Assembly: GCA_036170915.1 (NCBI GenBank)
Contig: JAVHQC010000006.1
Location: 64,001 to 128,000, forward strand
DNA length: 64,000 nt
Origin: Cyanobacteria bacterium auto_48_18
GTDB lineage: Bacteria > Cyanobacteriota > Vampirovibrionia > Obscuribacterales > Obscuribacteraceae
Direction: 5' to 3'
Shown piece after piece: positions 37,041 to 47,655 of this stretch. Positions within the stretch are counted from its first letter, which is position 1, and each line of letters begins with the position of its first letter. The notes below the pieces were generated by a model. The model did no database searches. It was not told where the DNA came from and saw nothing but the letters and a program-made list of their open reading frames with translations. The position numbers and the translations under genes were made by a program.

Positions 37041-38804
37041 TTATTGCGCTTTGCCTAGCACAGCAATCTTTGCTTTTGCCTTTTCAACGCGCGGATCTTG
37101 AACCGGTGCCAACTCGATAAATGTAGTCAACTCTGACTTCGCCCCTTGAGCGTCGCCGAGCTTTTCCATGGTGCTGGCCAGCAAGAAGTGGGCATCAAGG
37201 TTCTTAGGATCAATGGCGGTTGTTTCTTGGTAGACCTTTTTAGCAGAGTCGGCGTCACCTTTGAGCAAAAGCGCAGAGCCCAGGTTTAAACGGGCAGAAA
37301 TTAGCTTAGGGTCTAATTTGACAGCTTCTTTGGCGTGAGCAAATGATTGACTGACGTTGCCAGAGCGAGCGAATGCGTAGCTCAATCGATCATGCATCTG
37401 GGCAGAATTAGGAAACAGGTAAATAGCTTGCTCTAGCAAGTTAATGGCGTTATCAAAATTGCCCGCAGCCACGCATTTGTTAGCCAGCGCACCTAAAATC
37501 ACTTTGTCTTTGGGGTTCAACTGATAAGCCAGTTCAAGCTCTTTAATGCTCTGGTCTTCTTGACCGAGCTTGTTCAGCACCCTGGCATAGTTTGCGTGAA
37601 ACAGGGCATCATTCGGCTTTAGAGTAATCGCTCTTTTATATTGTTCAGCGGCGGCTGTCCAGTCGCCTTTGATCGTCAGCACTGCACCATAATCGGCAAT
37701 GGCGTCGGCATAGTCAGGATCTGTTTCGATGGCGGCTTTGTATTCGGTAATGGCCCCGTCAAAATTGCCTTCGCCCACAAGATTGTTGGCTTTGAGATAG
37801 TGTGCCTCTGCCGCCAAGAACTGCATAACGTTTTCAGGAATCTCTTTTATGCGTTCTTTAGTGGGCGCACCAAGTACGATGTCATTTCCCACCCAGTCAG
37901 ATTTCATTACAGGCGTCTGTTTTTTTGAATTGGAGCTGCCACTGGTTTCTTGTTCAGTCAACTCACGGGCTTTTTGAAAAGCAGTGGTAAGTGGTGCCAT
38001 TCCATCATTTTCTTTAAGCGCTTTGATCAAATTAGATGAAAAAGAACTGCCCCAGGTCATTTGATCTGGTTTGCTTGATGTCAAAATAATGTAGCCCTTG
38101 CCTAGATTTACCTTACTCGAATCTACGCTGGCCTTAGGGTAGGCGGTTTTAGCCCCTTCAGTTAACTCTGCCGCTCCACTGTAGGGTGCCTCAAGCACCA
38201 TGACGATGCGGTCAGTGTTCACGTTTTCTTTCAAGGTCTTCATCAAAGACTGCATTGATATGCAAGTTGAATAGACGTTATCTAAAGCACAATCATATGC
38301 GCTTAAGTAAGTAGTACCGTCGGTGGTGGGAAAACCGTGGGTGGAAATGAAGACAACCACAAGATCATCAGGACCGGCCAGACTTCCGAGCCAGCCTTTA
38401 CCTAGATTGTTTAGGATGTTTTGCCTGGTGGCTTCTTGGTTGATTAGCGTCTTGACGTGGCTTTCCGGAAAACGACCAGCAGTTTCGTCTTTCAGATAGC
38501 TGGCAAAATTACGAGCTGCTGCATCCATTTTTGCATCAGGCGCGTCCAGTCGGTGTTCTCTAAACTTAGCGGTGCCGATTACAACCGCCCATTTCTGTTT
38601 AATGGGGCGATTGCCGGCTGTAGCATGCGGGTCAAGATCTTGAATTTTTGTCCATTGCACCCCTGATGCTGGTGCTTTATTCAAATCGGGCTCGGGGGCG
38701 GCACCACTAGTGGTACTGTTTTGTGCGGCTAGAGTCGGTGTCAAGGCCGTAAGAATCAAGCTTCCGGCCAGGCTTATCAACCTATTCAACAGACAAAACT
38801 TCAA
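37041..38804 (-). CDS. Secreted caspase-like (C14) domain + TPR protein with the catalytic Cys replaced (pseudo-caspase)
   Basis: Signal peptide, KWAVVIG, ATRQNI and ISTHG. LEAPYSG replaces the usual LD.CHSG. C-terminal TPRs. TTG start with an AGGAG RBS. Confidence 0.85.
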   Translation of the reverse strand: MKFCLLNRLISLAGSLILTALTPTLAAQNSTTSGAAPEPDLNKAPASGVQWTKIQDLDPHATAGNRPIKQKWAVVIGTAKFREHRLDAPDAKMDAAARNFASYLKDETAGRFPESHVKTLINQEATRQNILNNLGKGWLGSLAGPDDLVVVFISTHGFPTTDGTTYLSAYDCALDNVYSTCISMQSLMKTLKENVNTDRIVMVLEAPYSGAAELTEGAKTAYPKASVDSSKVNLGKGYIILTSSKPDQMTWGSSFSSNLIKALKENDGMAPLTTAFQKARELTEQETSGSSNSKKQTPVMKSDWVGNDIVLGAPTKERIKEIPENVMQFLAAEAHYLKANNLVGEGNFDGAITEYKAAIETDPDYADAIADYGAVLTIKGDWTAAAEQYKRAITLKPNDALFHANYARVLNKLGQEDQSIKELELAYQLNPKDKVILGALANKCVAAGNFDNAINLLEQAIYLFPNSAQMHDRLSYAFARSGNVSQSFAHAKEAVKLDPKLISARLNLGSALLLKGDADSAKKVYQETTAIDPKNLDAHFLLASTMEKLGDAQGAKSELTTFIELAPVQDPRVEKAKAKIAVLGKAQ

Positions 38805-38828
38805 TTGCTATCTCCTGCTACTCACTAC

Positions 38829-40580
38829 TTATTGATGGGCAAGAGCCACATCTACCGCCATAAGTCCATTGGGGTCGTTAAAGCTTACTTTAACCAAACT
38901 GCCTGACATAATTGTGGTGCTGCGAGCCATTCTTTCTTGACCAGGCACTTGATCAGGCAAAATCACCGGGGTTGGATCGTCCCATGATAATTGCATGCGT
39001 GTGGGCACCAGATCTTTAGCACCAGACATGTCGTCAGAAACATAGGCAGTGAGATATTCAGGCGGGTTAAGAGCGGCTTCGTCAGCTATTTTCTTGGTTG
39101 AATAAAGCAGACTGATTTTTTCAATACCAGGATTGTGATCGAAGGTCAGCCAATCTTTAGGCAATGGGTAGTCGACTTTGGCTTTGAGCTGATTGTCTTT
39201 ACCTGTATCCTTAGATGGGAACAGGATGGCTTTTTTACCACTGCTGCTCTGTTTCATCAAGATGTAAGCAAAGCCGTCTTTGTCTGGTATCACATGAAAG
39301 CGAATTGAATCACCAGATTGAAAAGCCATTTTATTGTTGCAGCGGAAAATCTTGCCTTTGCGATTGAGTTCAATCCAGTAAGACATGCCTGTGCTCTCAG
39401 ATGACACTTTAACTGTGTTCTTAGGAGACTCTGTCATAGGGGTTACAGGCTTAACTGGCTTTACCGTCACGGCTGGTGCCAGTACAACAACTTCTTCCTC
39501 TTTTTTGGGCTTCACCGCAATTTCTTCAGTCGGTTCTTCAACGCCCTTGGCCAGAACTTTTTTGTCTATCCACTTATTGACGAAGCTAAGATCGTCTTTG
39601 CTGAATTGACCGATTTCAAAGATCAAGTGCTCAGCCGAGTTTGACATTACTTTGTCTTTGTTTGGAGTGGCGAGACTATCGAAAAGTTTGAAGGTGGCAA
39701 CTGGCCGCACCAATTTATCGTTCGAACCCATAATGAAGAGTACAGGTGTTTGCTTGATCAGGGTAGCTTGTTCGATATTGCCGTCCATGAATTTTTGGAA
39801 GGCTCTCAGTTCGTTAGGGCTCAGTTTGGTACGGCAAAGTGGGTCGTTAAGCCAGCGCGATCTCAGATCGCTTTTTGTTGTGGCTTTGCCAACTACCATC
39901 GGGCCGATGTCCATGGGTTTGTCGAAGCCAGCAAAAATGGCATGAGCACCGACGTGCAGAGTGACGTCGTTGAAGCGATCACCTGACGGTACTGACGAAA
40001 TCAGTCCGTCAATTAAGTCAGGGTACATGGCGGTGGCGTGAATGCCTATTCCTCCACCCATAGACTCACCCAGCATAATCACAGGAAGACCAGGGTGCAC
40101 TTTGCGAATCTCGAGCAAAGCTCTTTTGATATCCACCAGTGAGCCATCAAAGTCTATCAGCGCATTTTTTTCTTTTGGAATCCACGAACCAAAACCACGC
40201 ATATCAATGGCGTAAGTAATGATGCCCTTTTTCGCCATTTCTCGGCCGAACTCTTCGTAAACACCTTTGTGTAAGCCCAGGCCGTGGATGCACAAGAGCA
40301 CTGCCCTTGGAGTGGCCGTTTCGTCTATCCACCGCAGGCAAGGCACTTTGTCGAGCTTCTGTGTTTTGCCTGTGTTAGCCACAGTGGCCCCGGCCATGGC
40401 AGAGACTGGAAACTGTGCTGACGGGCCGGCTGGCGGAGCATAGTGACTGATTGCGTTTTCAGCGCGAAAGATATCATAGTTGTCGCCGGCGTTCTGGGCC
40501 TTTGCTTGCATCCCGTTAGCCTGGCTAAAAATTATGGTGGCGAGAGCCAGAAATGTATTTGTTTTTTTCATCACTTTCAC
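38829..40580 (-). CDS. Secreted alpha/beta hydrolase (lysophospholipase/Hydrolase_4-like) fused to a DUF4384-like domain
   Basis: Signal peptide, CIHGLG, DMRGFG, GESMGG, GSNDKLV and AEHLI. The C-terminal FQSGDSIRFHV..DGFAYIL..ILFPS..LTFDHNPGIEKI is DUF4384-like. Confidence 0.85.
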   Translation of the reverse strand: MKVMKKTNTFLALATIIFSQANGMQAKAQNAGDNYDIFRAENAISHYAPPAGPSAQFPVSAMAGATVANTGKTQKLDKVPCLRWIDETATPRAVLLCIHGLGLHKGVYEEFGREMAKKGIITYAIDMRGFGSWIPKEKNALIDFDGSLVDIKRALLEIRKVHPGLPVIMLGESMGGGIGIHATAMYPDLIDGLISSVPSGDRFNDVTLHVGAHAIFAGFDKPMDIGPMVVGKATTKSDLRSRWLNDPLCRTKLSPNELRAFQKFMDGNIEQATLIKQTPVLFIMGSNDKLVRPVATFKLFDSLATPNKDKVMSNSAEHLIFEIGQFSKDDLSFVNKWIDKKVLAKGVEEPTEEIAVKPKKEEEVVVLAPAVTVKPVKPVTPMTESPKNTVKVSSESTGMSYWIELNRKGKIFRCNNKMAFQSGDSIRFHVIPDKDGFAYILMKQSSSGKKAILFPSKDTGKDNQLKAKVDYPLPKDWLTFDHNPGIEKISLLYSTKKIADEAALNPPEYLTAYVSDDMSGAKDLVPTRMQLSWDDPTPVILPDQVPGQERMARSTTIMSGSLVKVSFNDPNGLMAVDVALAHQ

Positions 40581-40722
40581 TTAGACAGATATCCTAACAA
40601 GTCACCTACTGCAGCCACTGCCAATTTAGGCGTAACCGGCAAAAAGTAAATGAGCCCCAGCCGAGGGCCAGGGCATCATTATATATGGTTGCCATTAAAA
40701 CCGGCTTGAGCTTAGCTGACCT

Positions 40723-42762
40723 TTATTTTGCCGCTCCGGCTTCTTCTTCGGCGTTAGCTCCGTCTTCAGCCTTAGCGCCATTTTCAGCTTTGGTTTCATG
40801 ATTAGAATTACCGTTGCTGCCTTCAGGCTTAGCTTCTTCGGCATCAACGTCTTTCTCATCTTCGCCTTCAGCGTCAGCTTCGTCTGTTGCTGCCGCTTCG
40901 CCTTCGGCTTTGGCTTCCGTGCCTTCATCTGAGGCGGTTTCAGCCGCTTGCTTCTGCTTGTATTCGTTGCCTTCCTGGTCCATGATGACAACATGGCCGC
41001 GCAGCTCGTTCATAGTCTCTCTGATTTCGGCTTCTGCAGCCTCGGCAGCTACTTGACCGCGCAATTTACCTATGATGTCTTCGGCTTTTGCTTTTGAAGC
41101 GTCAGTTAAGCCTTTGCCCAGATCTTGCATCTGTCTTTCGACTGTGTAGATCAGGCCGTCAACTTCATTGCGCAAATCGGCCATGGCTTTGGTCTTTCTA
41201 TCGCCTTCGGCATTCTCGGCAGCTTCTTTAACCATCCGCTCAATATCTTCTTTGGTCAGGTTAGTGCTGGCTGTGATGGTGACATTTTGTTCTTTGCCGG
41301 TGCCCAGATCTTTAGCCGTTACTTTGACTATGCCGCTGGCATCAATATCGAAAGATACTTCGATGCGTGATGCGCCACGGGCACCAGGGGCGATGCCGTC
41401 CAGTCTGAAATTACCAAGCTTTTTGTTGTCGCGTGCCATGGCCCGCTCACCCTGGAAGATGTAGATATCTACTGCGGTCTGGTTGTCTTCGGCAGTTGAG
41501 CAGAGTTGGGTTTTGTGGCAAGGAATAGTGGTGTTACGCTCCACCAATTTGGCGAAAACACCACCCATGGTTTCAATACCAAGAGAAAGGGGTGTGACAT
41601 CAAGCAGTACCAGGTCTGTTACTTCACCGGCGAGCACACCTGCTTGCAGTGCGGCACCCACTGCCACCACTTCGTCAGGGTTAACGCTTTGATTTGGTTC
41701 TTTACCGCCAGTCAGGCTTTTGACCAGGTCTTTGACGGCAGGTATACGAGTTGAACCGCCAACCAGAACCACTTCATCAATTTCGTTGTAAGTAAGTTTG
41801 GCATCGGCCATAGCCTGTTCGATTGGCTGTTTGCAACGCTCAACGAGAGTGTGAGTGAGCTCGTTAAAACGTGAGCGAGTCAATTTCATGTCAAGGTGCT
41901 TGGGCCCCTGATCGTTGGCTGTAATGAAAGGCAAGGAGATAACTGTTTCAGTCACTGATGAGAGTTCAACTTTTGCTTTTTCTGCAGCTTCAGTTAGACG
42001 TTGTAGAGCTTGTGGATCTTTGCGCAAATCAATAGATTCGGAACTTTGAAATTCTGTGGCAATCCACTGTACAAGCGCGTGATCGAAATCGTCGCCACCC
42101 AGGTGAGTATCACCTGAGGTTGATTTTACTTCGATCAAACCATCACTGACTTCGAGAATGGAAACGTCAAATGTACCGCCGCCAAGATCGAAAACCAGAA
42201 TAGTTTCGTCTTTGCCTTTTTTCTCAACGCCATATGCAAGCGCTGCTGCAGTGGGTTCGTTGATGATGCGCAGCACTTCAAGACCAGCAATAGTGCCTGA
42301 GTTTTTGGTTGATTGTCTTTGTGAGTCATTGAAATAAGCAGGTACTGTAATGACGGCACTGTCTACTTTTTCGCCCAGATATTTTTCAGCATCTTCTTTC
42401 AGTTTGCGCAGAATCATGGCTGAAATTTCTTCAGGCGTGTATTCTTTGTCTGAAATCATCACGCGTACGCCGCCATCTGATGATTCTTTAACTTTATACG
42501 AGACGATTTTGCATTCTTCTGATACTTCGTTAAAGCGTCTGCCGATGAAGCGCTTGATTGAGTAAATGGTATTGACCGGATTGACTACGGCCTGTCTGCG
42601 GGCCAGAAGCCCCACTAGCCGTTCACCAGTTTTATTGAAGGCCACAACTGAAGGTGTGGTGCGACCGCCTTCAGAGTTTGCGATGACGGTGGCGCGGCCA
42701 CCCTCCATCACTGCGACGACAGAGTTTGTTGTTCCAAGATCGATTCCGACTGTTTTTGCCAT
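40723..42762 (-). CDS. dnaK: Hsp70 chaperone DnaK (paralog)
   Basis: [41 protein letters not shown] and NPDEVVA. Confidence 0.95.
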   Translation of the reverse strand: MAKTVGIDLGTTNSVVAVMEGGRATVIANSEGGRTTPSVVAFNKTGERLVGLLARRQAVVNPVNTIYSIKRFIGRRFNEVSEECKIVSYKVKESSDGGVRVMISDKEYTPEEISAMILRKLKEDAEKYLGEKVDSAVITVPAYFNDSQRQSTKNSGTIAGLEVLRIINEPTAAALAYGVEKKGKDETILVFDLGGGTFDVSILEVSDGLIEVKSTSGDTHLGGDDFDHALVQWIATEFQSSESIDLRKDPQALQRLTEAAEKAKVELSSVTETVISLPFITANDQGPKHLDMKLTRSRFNELTHTLVERCKQPIEQAMADAKLTYNEIDEVVLVGGSTRIPAVKDLVKSLTGGKEPNQSVNPDEVVAVGAALQAGVLAGEVTDLVLLDVTPLSLGIETMGGVFAKLVERNTTIPCHKTQLCSTAEDNQTAVDIYIFQGERAMARDNKKLGNFRLDGIAPGARGASRIEVSFDIDASGIVKVTAKDLGTGKEQNVTITASTNLTKEDIERMVKEAAENAEGDRKTKAMADLRNEVDGLIYTVERQMQDLGKGLTDASKAKAEDIIGKLRGQVAAEAAEAEIRETMNELRGHVVIMDQEGNEYKQKQAAETASDEGTEAKAEGEAAATDEADAEGEDEKDVDAEEAKPEGSNGNSNHETKAENGAKAEDGANAEEEAGAAK

Positions 42763-42950
42763 GGTTTTTTTCGCGGTTCCTAAGAAACGGTTTTAATATA
42801 GATATAGACTAGCAAAGGCTACCACCAAGCATCGCTCGCTGTAAGACTTAGTGCCAGACTGTAACTTTCTTTTAGTGCAAATGGTGGGAAAAGGGAATAG
42901 AATGGCAGTCAAGAGCAACGCTGTTTTTTGTAGCGGTCAGTAAGAGGAAT

Positions 42951-43274
42951 TTGAGAATGGATCAACAGGGTGAGCAACCGCTGGAGGCAAGACCAGGTAG
43001 GCGGGCCGGACGCATGACCCATAGCGAGCTCAAAACGCTCAAAACTGTGCAGACAAAAGAAGACAGTCCGCTTGTTCAGCTCGTCAAAGGCATTCAAGGT
43101 TTTTGGCTTGGAATATTCAGCACTTTTGCCAGTTTACTTCCCACCAAAAAACATTCGTCCTGTGCGGTAAATGGTCATGTTTTCCCAAAAGGAGCATGGG
43201 ACGGCGATTTTCCCCGCTGCACACATTGCGGAGAGCAAATCACTACGGCTGATCAATTTGGTGGACCCAGATAA
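42951..43274 (+). CDS. Small hypothetical protein with a C-terminal C/H zinc-binding motif
   Basis: SCAVNGHVF...RCTHCGE. The start may be the ATG at 42957. Confidence 0.6.
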   Translation: MRMDQQGEQPLEARPGRRAGRMTHSELKTLKTVQTKEDSPLVQLVKGIQGFWLGIFSTFASLLPTKKHSSCAVNGHVFPKGAWDGDFPRCTHCGEQITTADQFGGPR

Positions 43275-43350
43275 ATTGATTGACTGAGCTCTTGATTCCC
43301 TATACCATACGTATCTATGTAATTGTTTTTGAATCGGTATACCTTCGCTA

Positions 43351-45822
43351 GTGTCGCAGTCTGCAAAAAAAACAGTAGTGATAGGTGTAAGAGACTTCGC
43401 TATGCCCTGTCCACGTACAGGCAGCATCGAGGTTAACAGTGGCTATGGTCAATTATTTGGCGGGCCGCTCGCCCTGGCTGCAGAAGGCCGGCAGTTGCAT
43501 GGAAAAATTCAGAAGGAACGCCAGCGCCTTTTTCCAATTTACAAAGCCGAGGTTAAGGCTGCCCACAAATTTGACGGTGAGAAATATATTTTCAGTGTGT
43601 CTGGACGCATTGATGGTTTTGTTGATGGCCTGATACCAGAAATTGAAGAAATCAAAAGCTCAACTTCGCCAGTGGAGTTGTTGCAGAAACTGGCCAGCGA
43701 TCACGAACATCCATACAGTTTGCAGCTGGCCACCTACGCATACATTTTATATCTAGAGAGAGAAGTGGTGCCACGCACCAGATTCTTAGTTACTTCGAAC
43801 ACATTCGATAAAGTCGATGTTCTCGAATACGATTTTCAGGTTCCACTTTACGAAAAGTGGCTTGCTCTGCGCATGGCCGAGCTTGAAGAAGAAGTCAAAG
43901 CTGAAGAAGATGCGCGCACTCGTCGCATGGAGATGGCCGAGCGATTAATATTTCCCTTTACGAAATTGCGCGTGGGGCAAAAAGAATTAGTCGATGAACT
44001 GGCCAGTGATATTCAAAGCAAACATCAAGTGCTGGTGCAGGCACCGACAGGCCTTGGCAAAACCATCGGCGTAATTTTTCCGCTTTTGCAAGACAGCTTA
44101 CGGCGTGGTCAAAAGCTCGTCTACGTCACTCCCAAAAACAGTCAGCATTCTGTTGCACAAGAAGCCATAACCCGACTGCAAGATGGTGGTGCTGCCATTA
44201 AAGCTTTGACTCTTAATGCTAAAGCAAAAATGTGTTTGAAAGAAGAAGTTATTTGCAATCCTGGCTATTGTGAATATGCTCGTGACTATTATGAAAAAAT
44301 GAGCGAGCATAAAGTTGTTGAAAAAATGGCAGAAATGACCAGCCTCACTGCCGATGCTTTCAAAGAAATCGGGCAGCAATATCAGGTTTGCCCCTTTGAA
44401 GCCTCACTAGATGCGGTGGCAGCAGCTGATGTAGTAATTGGCGATTATAACTATGTTTTCTCGCCGCGTAATACACTGGGAAGATTTACTTATAGTTTGA
44501 GTAAAACACCGCAGAAACCTAATTTGGTCATTGACGAAGCTCATAATTTGCCTCAGCGCGCAGTTGATTATTACAGTAAAAGTTTAAATTCAGCAGTAAT
44601 TGCTAACCTGGCTCTTGAGCTGGCATCATTGCCCTTTGATCAGGTGGTGGAAGCAAGAGCTGTTGTCTCAAAAATTCAATTTGTCATTGCTAACGTTGGT
44701 CGCATGGTCGGCTACAAAGAATCGCGTATCACCATTTCGCGTGACTTATTTGGCGAAGCTTTGCCGGCTTTGCAAGACCTGGTAGTGCGTAGAATCGCCA
44801 GCAAGGCTGCTGACAGCAGCCCAGGGGCAGATCCGCTTATGGCTATCATGCACTATTTCAACGATTTTATTGATGCCGTTGATTATGAAGGTGAAGAATT
44901 TTTCCACCTTTATACTCGCAATAAACTACGCGACGGCACCATAGATGAAGCGCTAAAAGTAATTTGCTGCGATGCGTCGGCCAAGCTCAAAATGGCTCAT
45001 AAAGAGTTTGCACACGTGGTGGCATTTTCTGCCACCATTAAGCCATTTGATTATTTTGCTCAACTCTCAGGGTTGGACGACCCAGAGCTTTCTAAGCGTG
45101 AGTATACGAGCCCTTTTCCTAAAGAACACCGCAAGCTACTTGTCATTCCTCAAGTTTCCACAAAATATTCAGATCGGCAGAGAAATTTTGGCAAAATTGC
45201 TGATGGAATAGCCCGCATTGTGCAAGTCAAGCCTGGCAATTATTTTGTTTTCTTCCCCAGTTTTGCTTTTCTTGGCAGTGTGCACGATCTGATCAAAGAG
45301 AAATTGCCCAATTCTGTTTTGCTGCTCAAACAAGATAGTGAAATTACTCAGGCGAAGGCCAAAAGTATTATGGAATCACTGGCTAAATCAGATTCGCCCA
45401 CTTTAGTCTTTGCTGTGCAGGGTGGGGTTTTTGCCGAAGGAGTAGACTATCCGGGCGAAATGATTATTGGTGCGATTATTGTGGGGCCCGGCCTGCCCAA
45501 TTTCAATTTTGAAAGAGAGCAAATTCGACAATATTACGATAAACGTTATGGCAATGGTTTTGACTATGCCTACGTTTATCCGGCCATGGCTAAAGTTATT
45601 CAAGCGGCAGGCAGAGTTATTCGCTCAGGTGATGACCGCGGTTTGATTGTGCTGATGGATCAGCGCTTTATTCAGAAACAGTATGCTGATTCCATGCCCG
45701 CCGACTGGTTCGATAAACAAGTCAGTGAGTTAGTATCAGCCAGCATCATTGCCGATATTCAATCGTTCTGGCAGAGTCAAGACACAGCCATAAAAGATCG
45801 AGTTTTAAGTGAAACTAGCTGA
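43351..45822 (+). CDS. Fe-S XPD/DinG/YoaA-family helicase with an N-terminal PD-(D/E)XK nuclease-like domain
   Basis: GRIDG..IEEIKS..QLATY (nuclease). APTGLGKT, four Cys (KMC..ICNPGYC..VCPFE), DEAHNL, FSAT, FFPSF, EGVD and QAAGRVIR. Confidence 0.92.
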   Translation: MSQSAKKTVVIGVRDFAMPCPRTGSIEVNSGYGQLFGGPLALAAEGRQLHGKIQKERQRLFPIYKAEVKAAHKFDGEKYIFSVSGRIDGFVDGLIPEIEEIKSSTSPVELLQKLASDHEHPYSLQLATYAYILYLEREVVPRTRFLVTSNTFDKVDVLEYDFQVPLYEKWLALRMAELEEEVKAEEDARTRRMEMAERLIFPFTKLRVGQKELVDELASDIQSKHQVLVQAPTGLGKTIGVIFPLLQDSLRRGQKLVYVTPKNSQHSVAQEAITRLQDGGAAIKALTLNAKAKMCLKEEVICNPGYCEYARDYYEKMSEHKVVEKMAEMTSLTADAFKEIGQQYQVCPFEASLDAVAAADVVIGDYNYVFSPRNTLGRFTYSLSKTPQKPNLVIDEAHNLPQRAVDYYSKSLNSAVIANLALELASLPFDQVVEARAVVSKIQFVIANVGRMVGYKESRITISRDLFGEALPALQDLVVRRIASKAADSSPGADPLMAIMHYFNDFIDAVDYEGEEFFHLYTRNKLRDGTIDEALKVICCDASAKLKMAHKEFAHVVAFSATIKPFDYFAQLSGLDDPELSKREYTSPFPKEHRKLLVIPQVSTKYSDRQRNFGKIADGIARIVQVKPGNYFVFFPSFAFLGSVHDLIKEKLPNSVLLLKQDSEITQAKAKSIMESLAKSDSPTLVFAVQGGVFAEGVDYPGEMIIGAIIVGPGLPNFNFEREQIRQYYDKRYGNGFDYAYVYPAMAKVIQAAGRVIRSGDDRGLIVLMDQRFIQKQYADSMPADWFDKQVSELVSASIIADIQSFWQSQDTAIKDRVLSETS

Positions 45823-47560
45823 AGAGAAAATTCTATTTTTAGATTGCCAGACCACTGGTGCCACTCCAAAAACAGCGCATGTACTTGAACTTGGCTGGTC
45901 TTTGAGTGAAGTCAGTGATACGAAACCGACCATAGTCAATCGGATTTTACGGCTGCCTGACGCTCAGGAATTACCCTTGCGTATTCAGCGCATTACCGGC
46001 ATCACAGCTGATGATATGGCCACAGCACACAGTCCGGCCGATGTAGTGGCAGAGCTGATGGGGCAAGTTGGTGATGTATCGCTTGGTGGTGTTAGATTTG
46101 TGGTGGCACATTACGCACAGTTTGAAGAAAGTTTTGTTGGGCAACTTTTTGCCGATCATGCGGTGGACGCACCATTCAAATTTATTTGCACCTGTCAGAT
46201 TGCCAAAAGGCTTTATCCTGATTTACCATCACGTGCAATCCGGGCACTGGGCGGCTATTTCGGCTTGAGTCTTTCTGAAATGAAACGATCATCGTGTCAT
46301 GTGGAAGCCACCTTCTTTATCTGGCAGAGATTACTAGCAGATTTGTCCGCGTTGGGCATTGAAGATAGCGATCAATTGCTTGAGTGGTTAAGTAAACCGC
46401 TGGTGAAAAAACAAGCTAAGAAGAATGCCTATGCCATTCCTATGGAAAGGCTGAAGCGACTTGATCTGCCAGACCGGCCAGGCATCTATCGTATGCTAAA
46501 TGCTGAAGGCAAAATTCTCTATGTGGGCAAAGCCACTTCGTTAAAAAGCCGCGTCAACAGTTATTTTCGCGGACGCAAAGGTAAAGATTCTAAAACCAAA
46601 GAGCTGATTAGCCAGATATTTGATGTGATGGTAACCGTTGTAGCCACCCCGCTTGAGGCCGCTCTACTAGAAACTGATCTGATCAAACAACACGACCCAC
46701 CCTATAACCGGGCATTGCGCGAGCGCGGCCGCTTCCTCAGTTTTTATAATCACGATTTTACTGAAAGCTCGCTTAACCAGGATACCAACTTTAAATTTGG
46801 CCCTTTTATCAGCGATCAATTTAAACCGCTGCTCGATTTATTAGAGGCTTTGAAGATCGGCTCGCGGCCGCCGGAGTTGTTCTGGGGCCTGGTGGGAGAA
46901 GAGGTGATTGGCGCTGCCTTTGAACTATTTCTACAAAATCTACAAAATAGAATGCTGGCCGATTATTCTCTTGAGCAAATGACGGCGCGAAAATTTCTTG
47001 CACAGGGCATGGTGCTTCTTCGTGCTGAAGTCAATGCTTTGCGCGCTCTCAAGCGCGAAGCGGAAAAGCTGTTGAAGGATACAGAAGGTCAGTTAGAAGT
47101 TGTGGGGCAGCCAGATAATCAACTTGATGAACAGCTTGTTGAACAGGCAGATGACCAGGCTGACGAAGAAGAGCGCGAATTAGATGAAAATGATGTTCTG
47201 GAGATGATCTACGGCATTTTGATGCGCAGCGCTAAGATGCATCTGCAAGCAAAGAAACTAACAATTTTGTTGAACAGTAGCATTGAATTTTTTGACGGTG
47301 AGCATCGGGTTTTAACTTTTAGTAACGGAAGCTTAGCTGATATGCCTGATTCGTTGGCTGACGCTGGTTGGGGCTCAGGTGACAGCCCATGGCGCGGTCT
47401 TGATATAAACACTTATGATCGCATGCGGGTGTTAATGACTGAATTGGCCCGCGTCTCGGCTAAAAATCAGGTAGTGATGTTCGGCCCATTAGAAGTGCGC
47501 GAGAAAGCATTGCTACAGCCTCATGTTGACCAAATGAGTAAGCTTAGTTTTACCCGTTGA
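45809..47560 (+). CDS. DEDDh 3'-5' exonuclease fused to a UvrC/Cho-like GIY-YIG nuclease
   Basis: FLDCQTTG..ITGI..VAHYAQFE (DnaQ-like, partly degenerate) and PGIYRM..ILYVGKATSLKSRVNSYF..ALLETDLIK..PPYN. Confidence 0.88.
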   Translation: MKLAEEKILFLDCQTTGATPKTAHVLELGWSLSEVSDTKPTIVNRILRLPDAQELPLRIQRITGITADDMATAHSPADVVAELMGQVGDVSLGGVRFVVAHYAQFEESFVGQLFADHAVDAPFKFICTCQIAKRLYPDLPSRAIRALGGYFGLSLSEMKRSSCHVEATFFIWQRLLADLSALGIEDSDQLLEWLSKPLVKKQAKKNAYAIPMERLKRLDLPDRPGIYRMLNAEGKILYVGKATSLKSRVNSYFRGRKGKDSKTKELISQIFDVMVTVVATPLEAALLETDLIKQHDPPYNRALRERGRFLSFYNHDFTESSLNQDTNFKFGPFISDQFKPLLDLLEALKIGSRPPELFWGLVGEEVIGAAFELFLQNLQNRMLADYSLEQMTARKFLAQGMVLLRAEVNALRALKREAEKLLKDTEGQLEVVGQPDNQLDEQLVEQADDQADEEERELDENDVLEMIYGILMRSAKMHLQAKKLTILLNSSIEFFDGEHRVLTFSNGSLADMPDSLADAGWGSGDSPWRGLDINTYDRMRVLMTELARVSAKNQVVMFGPLEVREKALLQPHVDQMSKLSFTR

Positions 47561-47655
47561 CCGGAAATATCTTCATTTTTGTCTCATTTTTCAAAGCGAG
47601 GCTATGGCCCTTGAGCGGGTATAGAAAGCTTGGAGAAGGTGCAGAGGAAGAAATT

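Noticed and set aside
42820..42882. Possible CIRCE element upstream of dnaK (GCACTAA half-sites)
   Set aside because: The half-sites are in direct orientation, and the best right arm matches only about 5 of 9 consensus bases.
43351..43900. Cas4/Csf4 (type IV CRISPR) interpretation of the nuclease-DinG gene
   Set aside because: There is no CRISPR array or other cas gene in the window. The architecture fits stand-alone XPD-like helicases.
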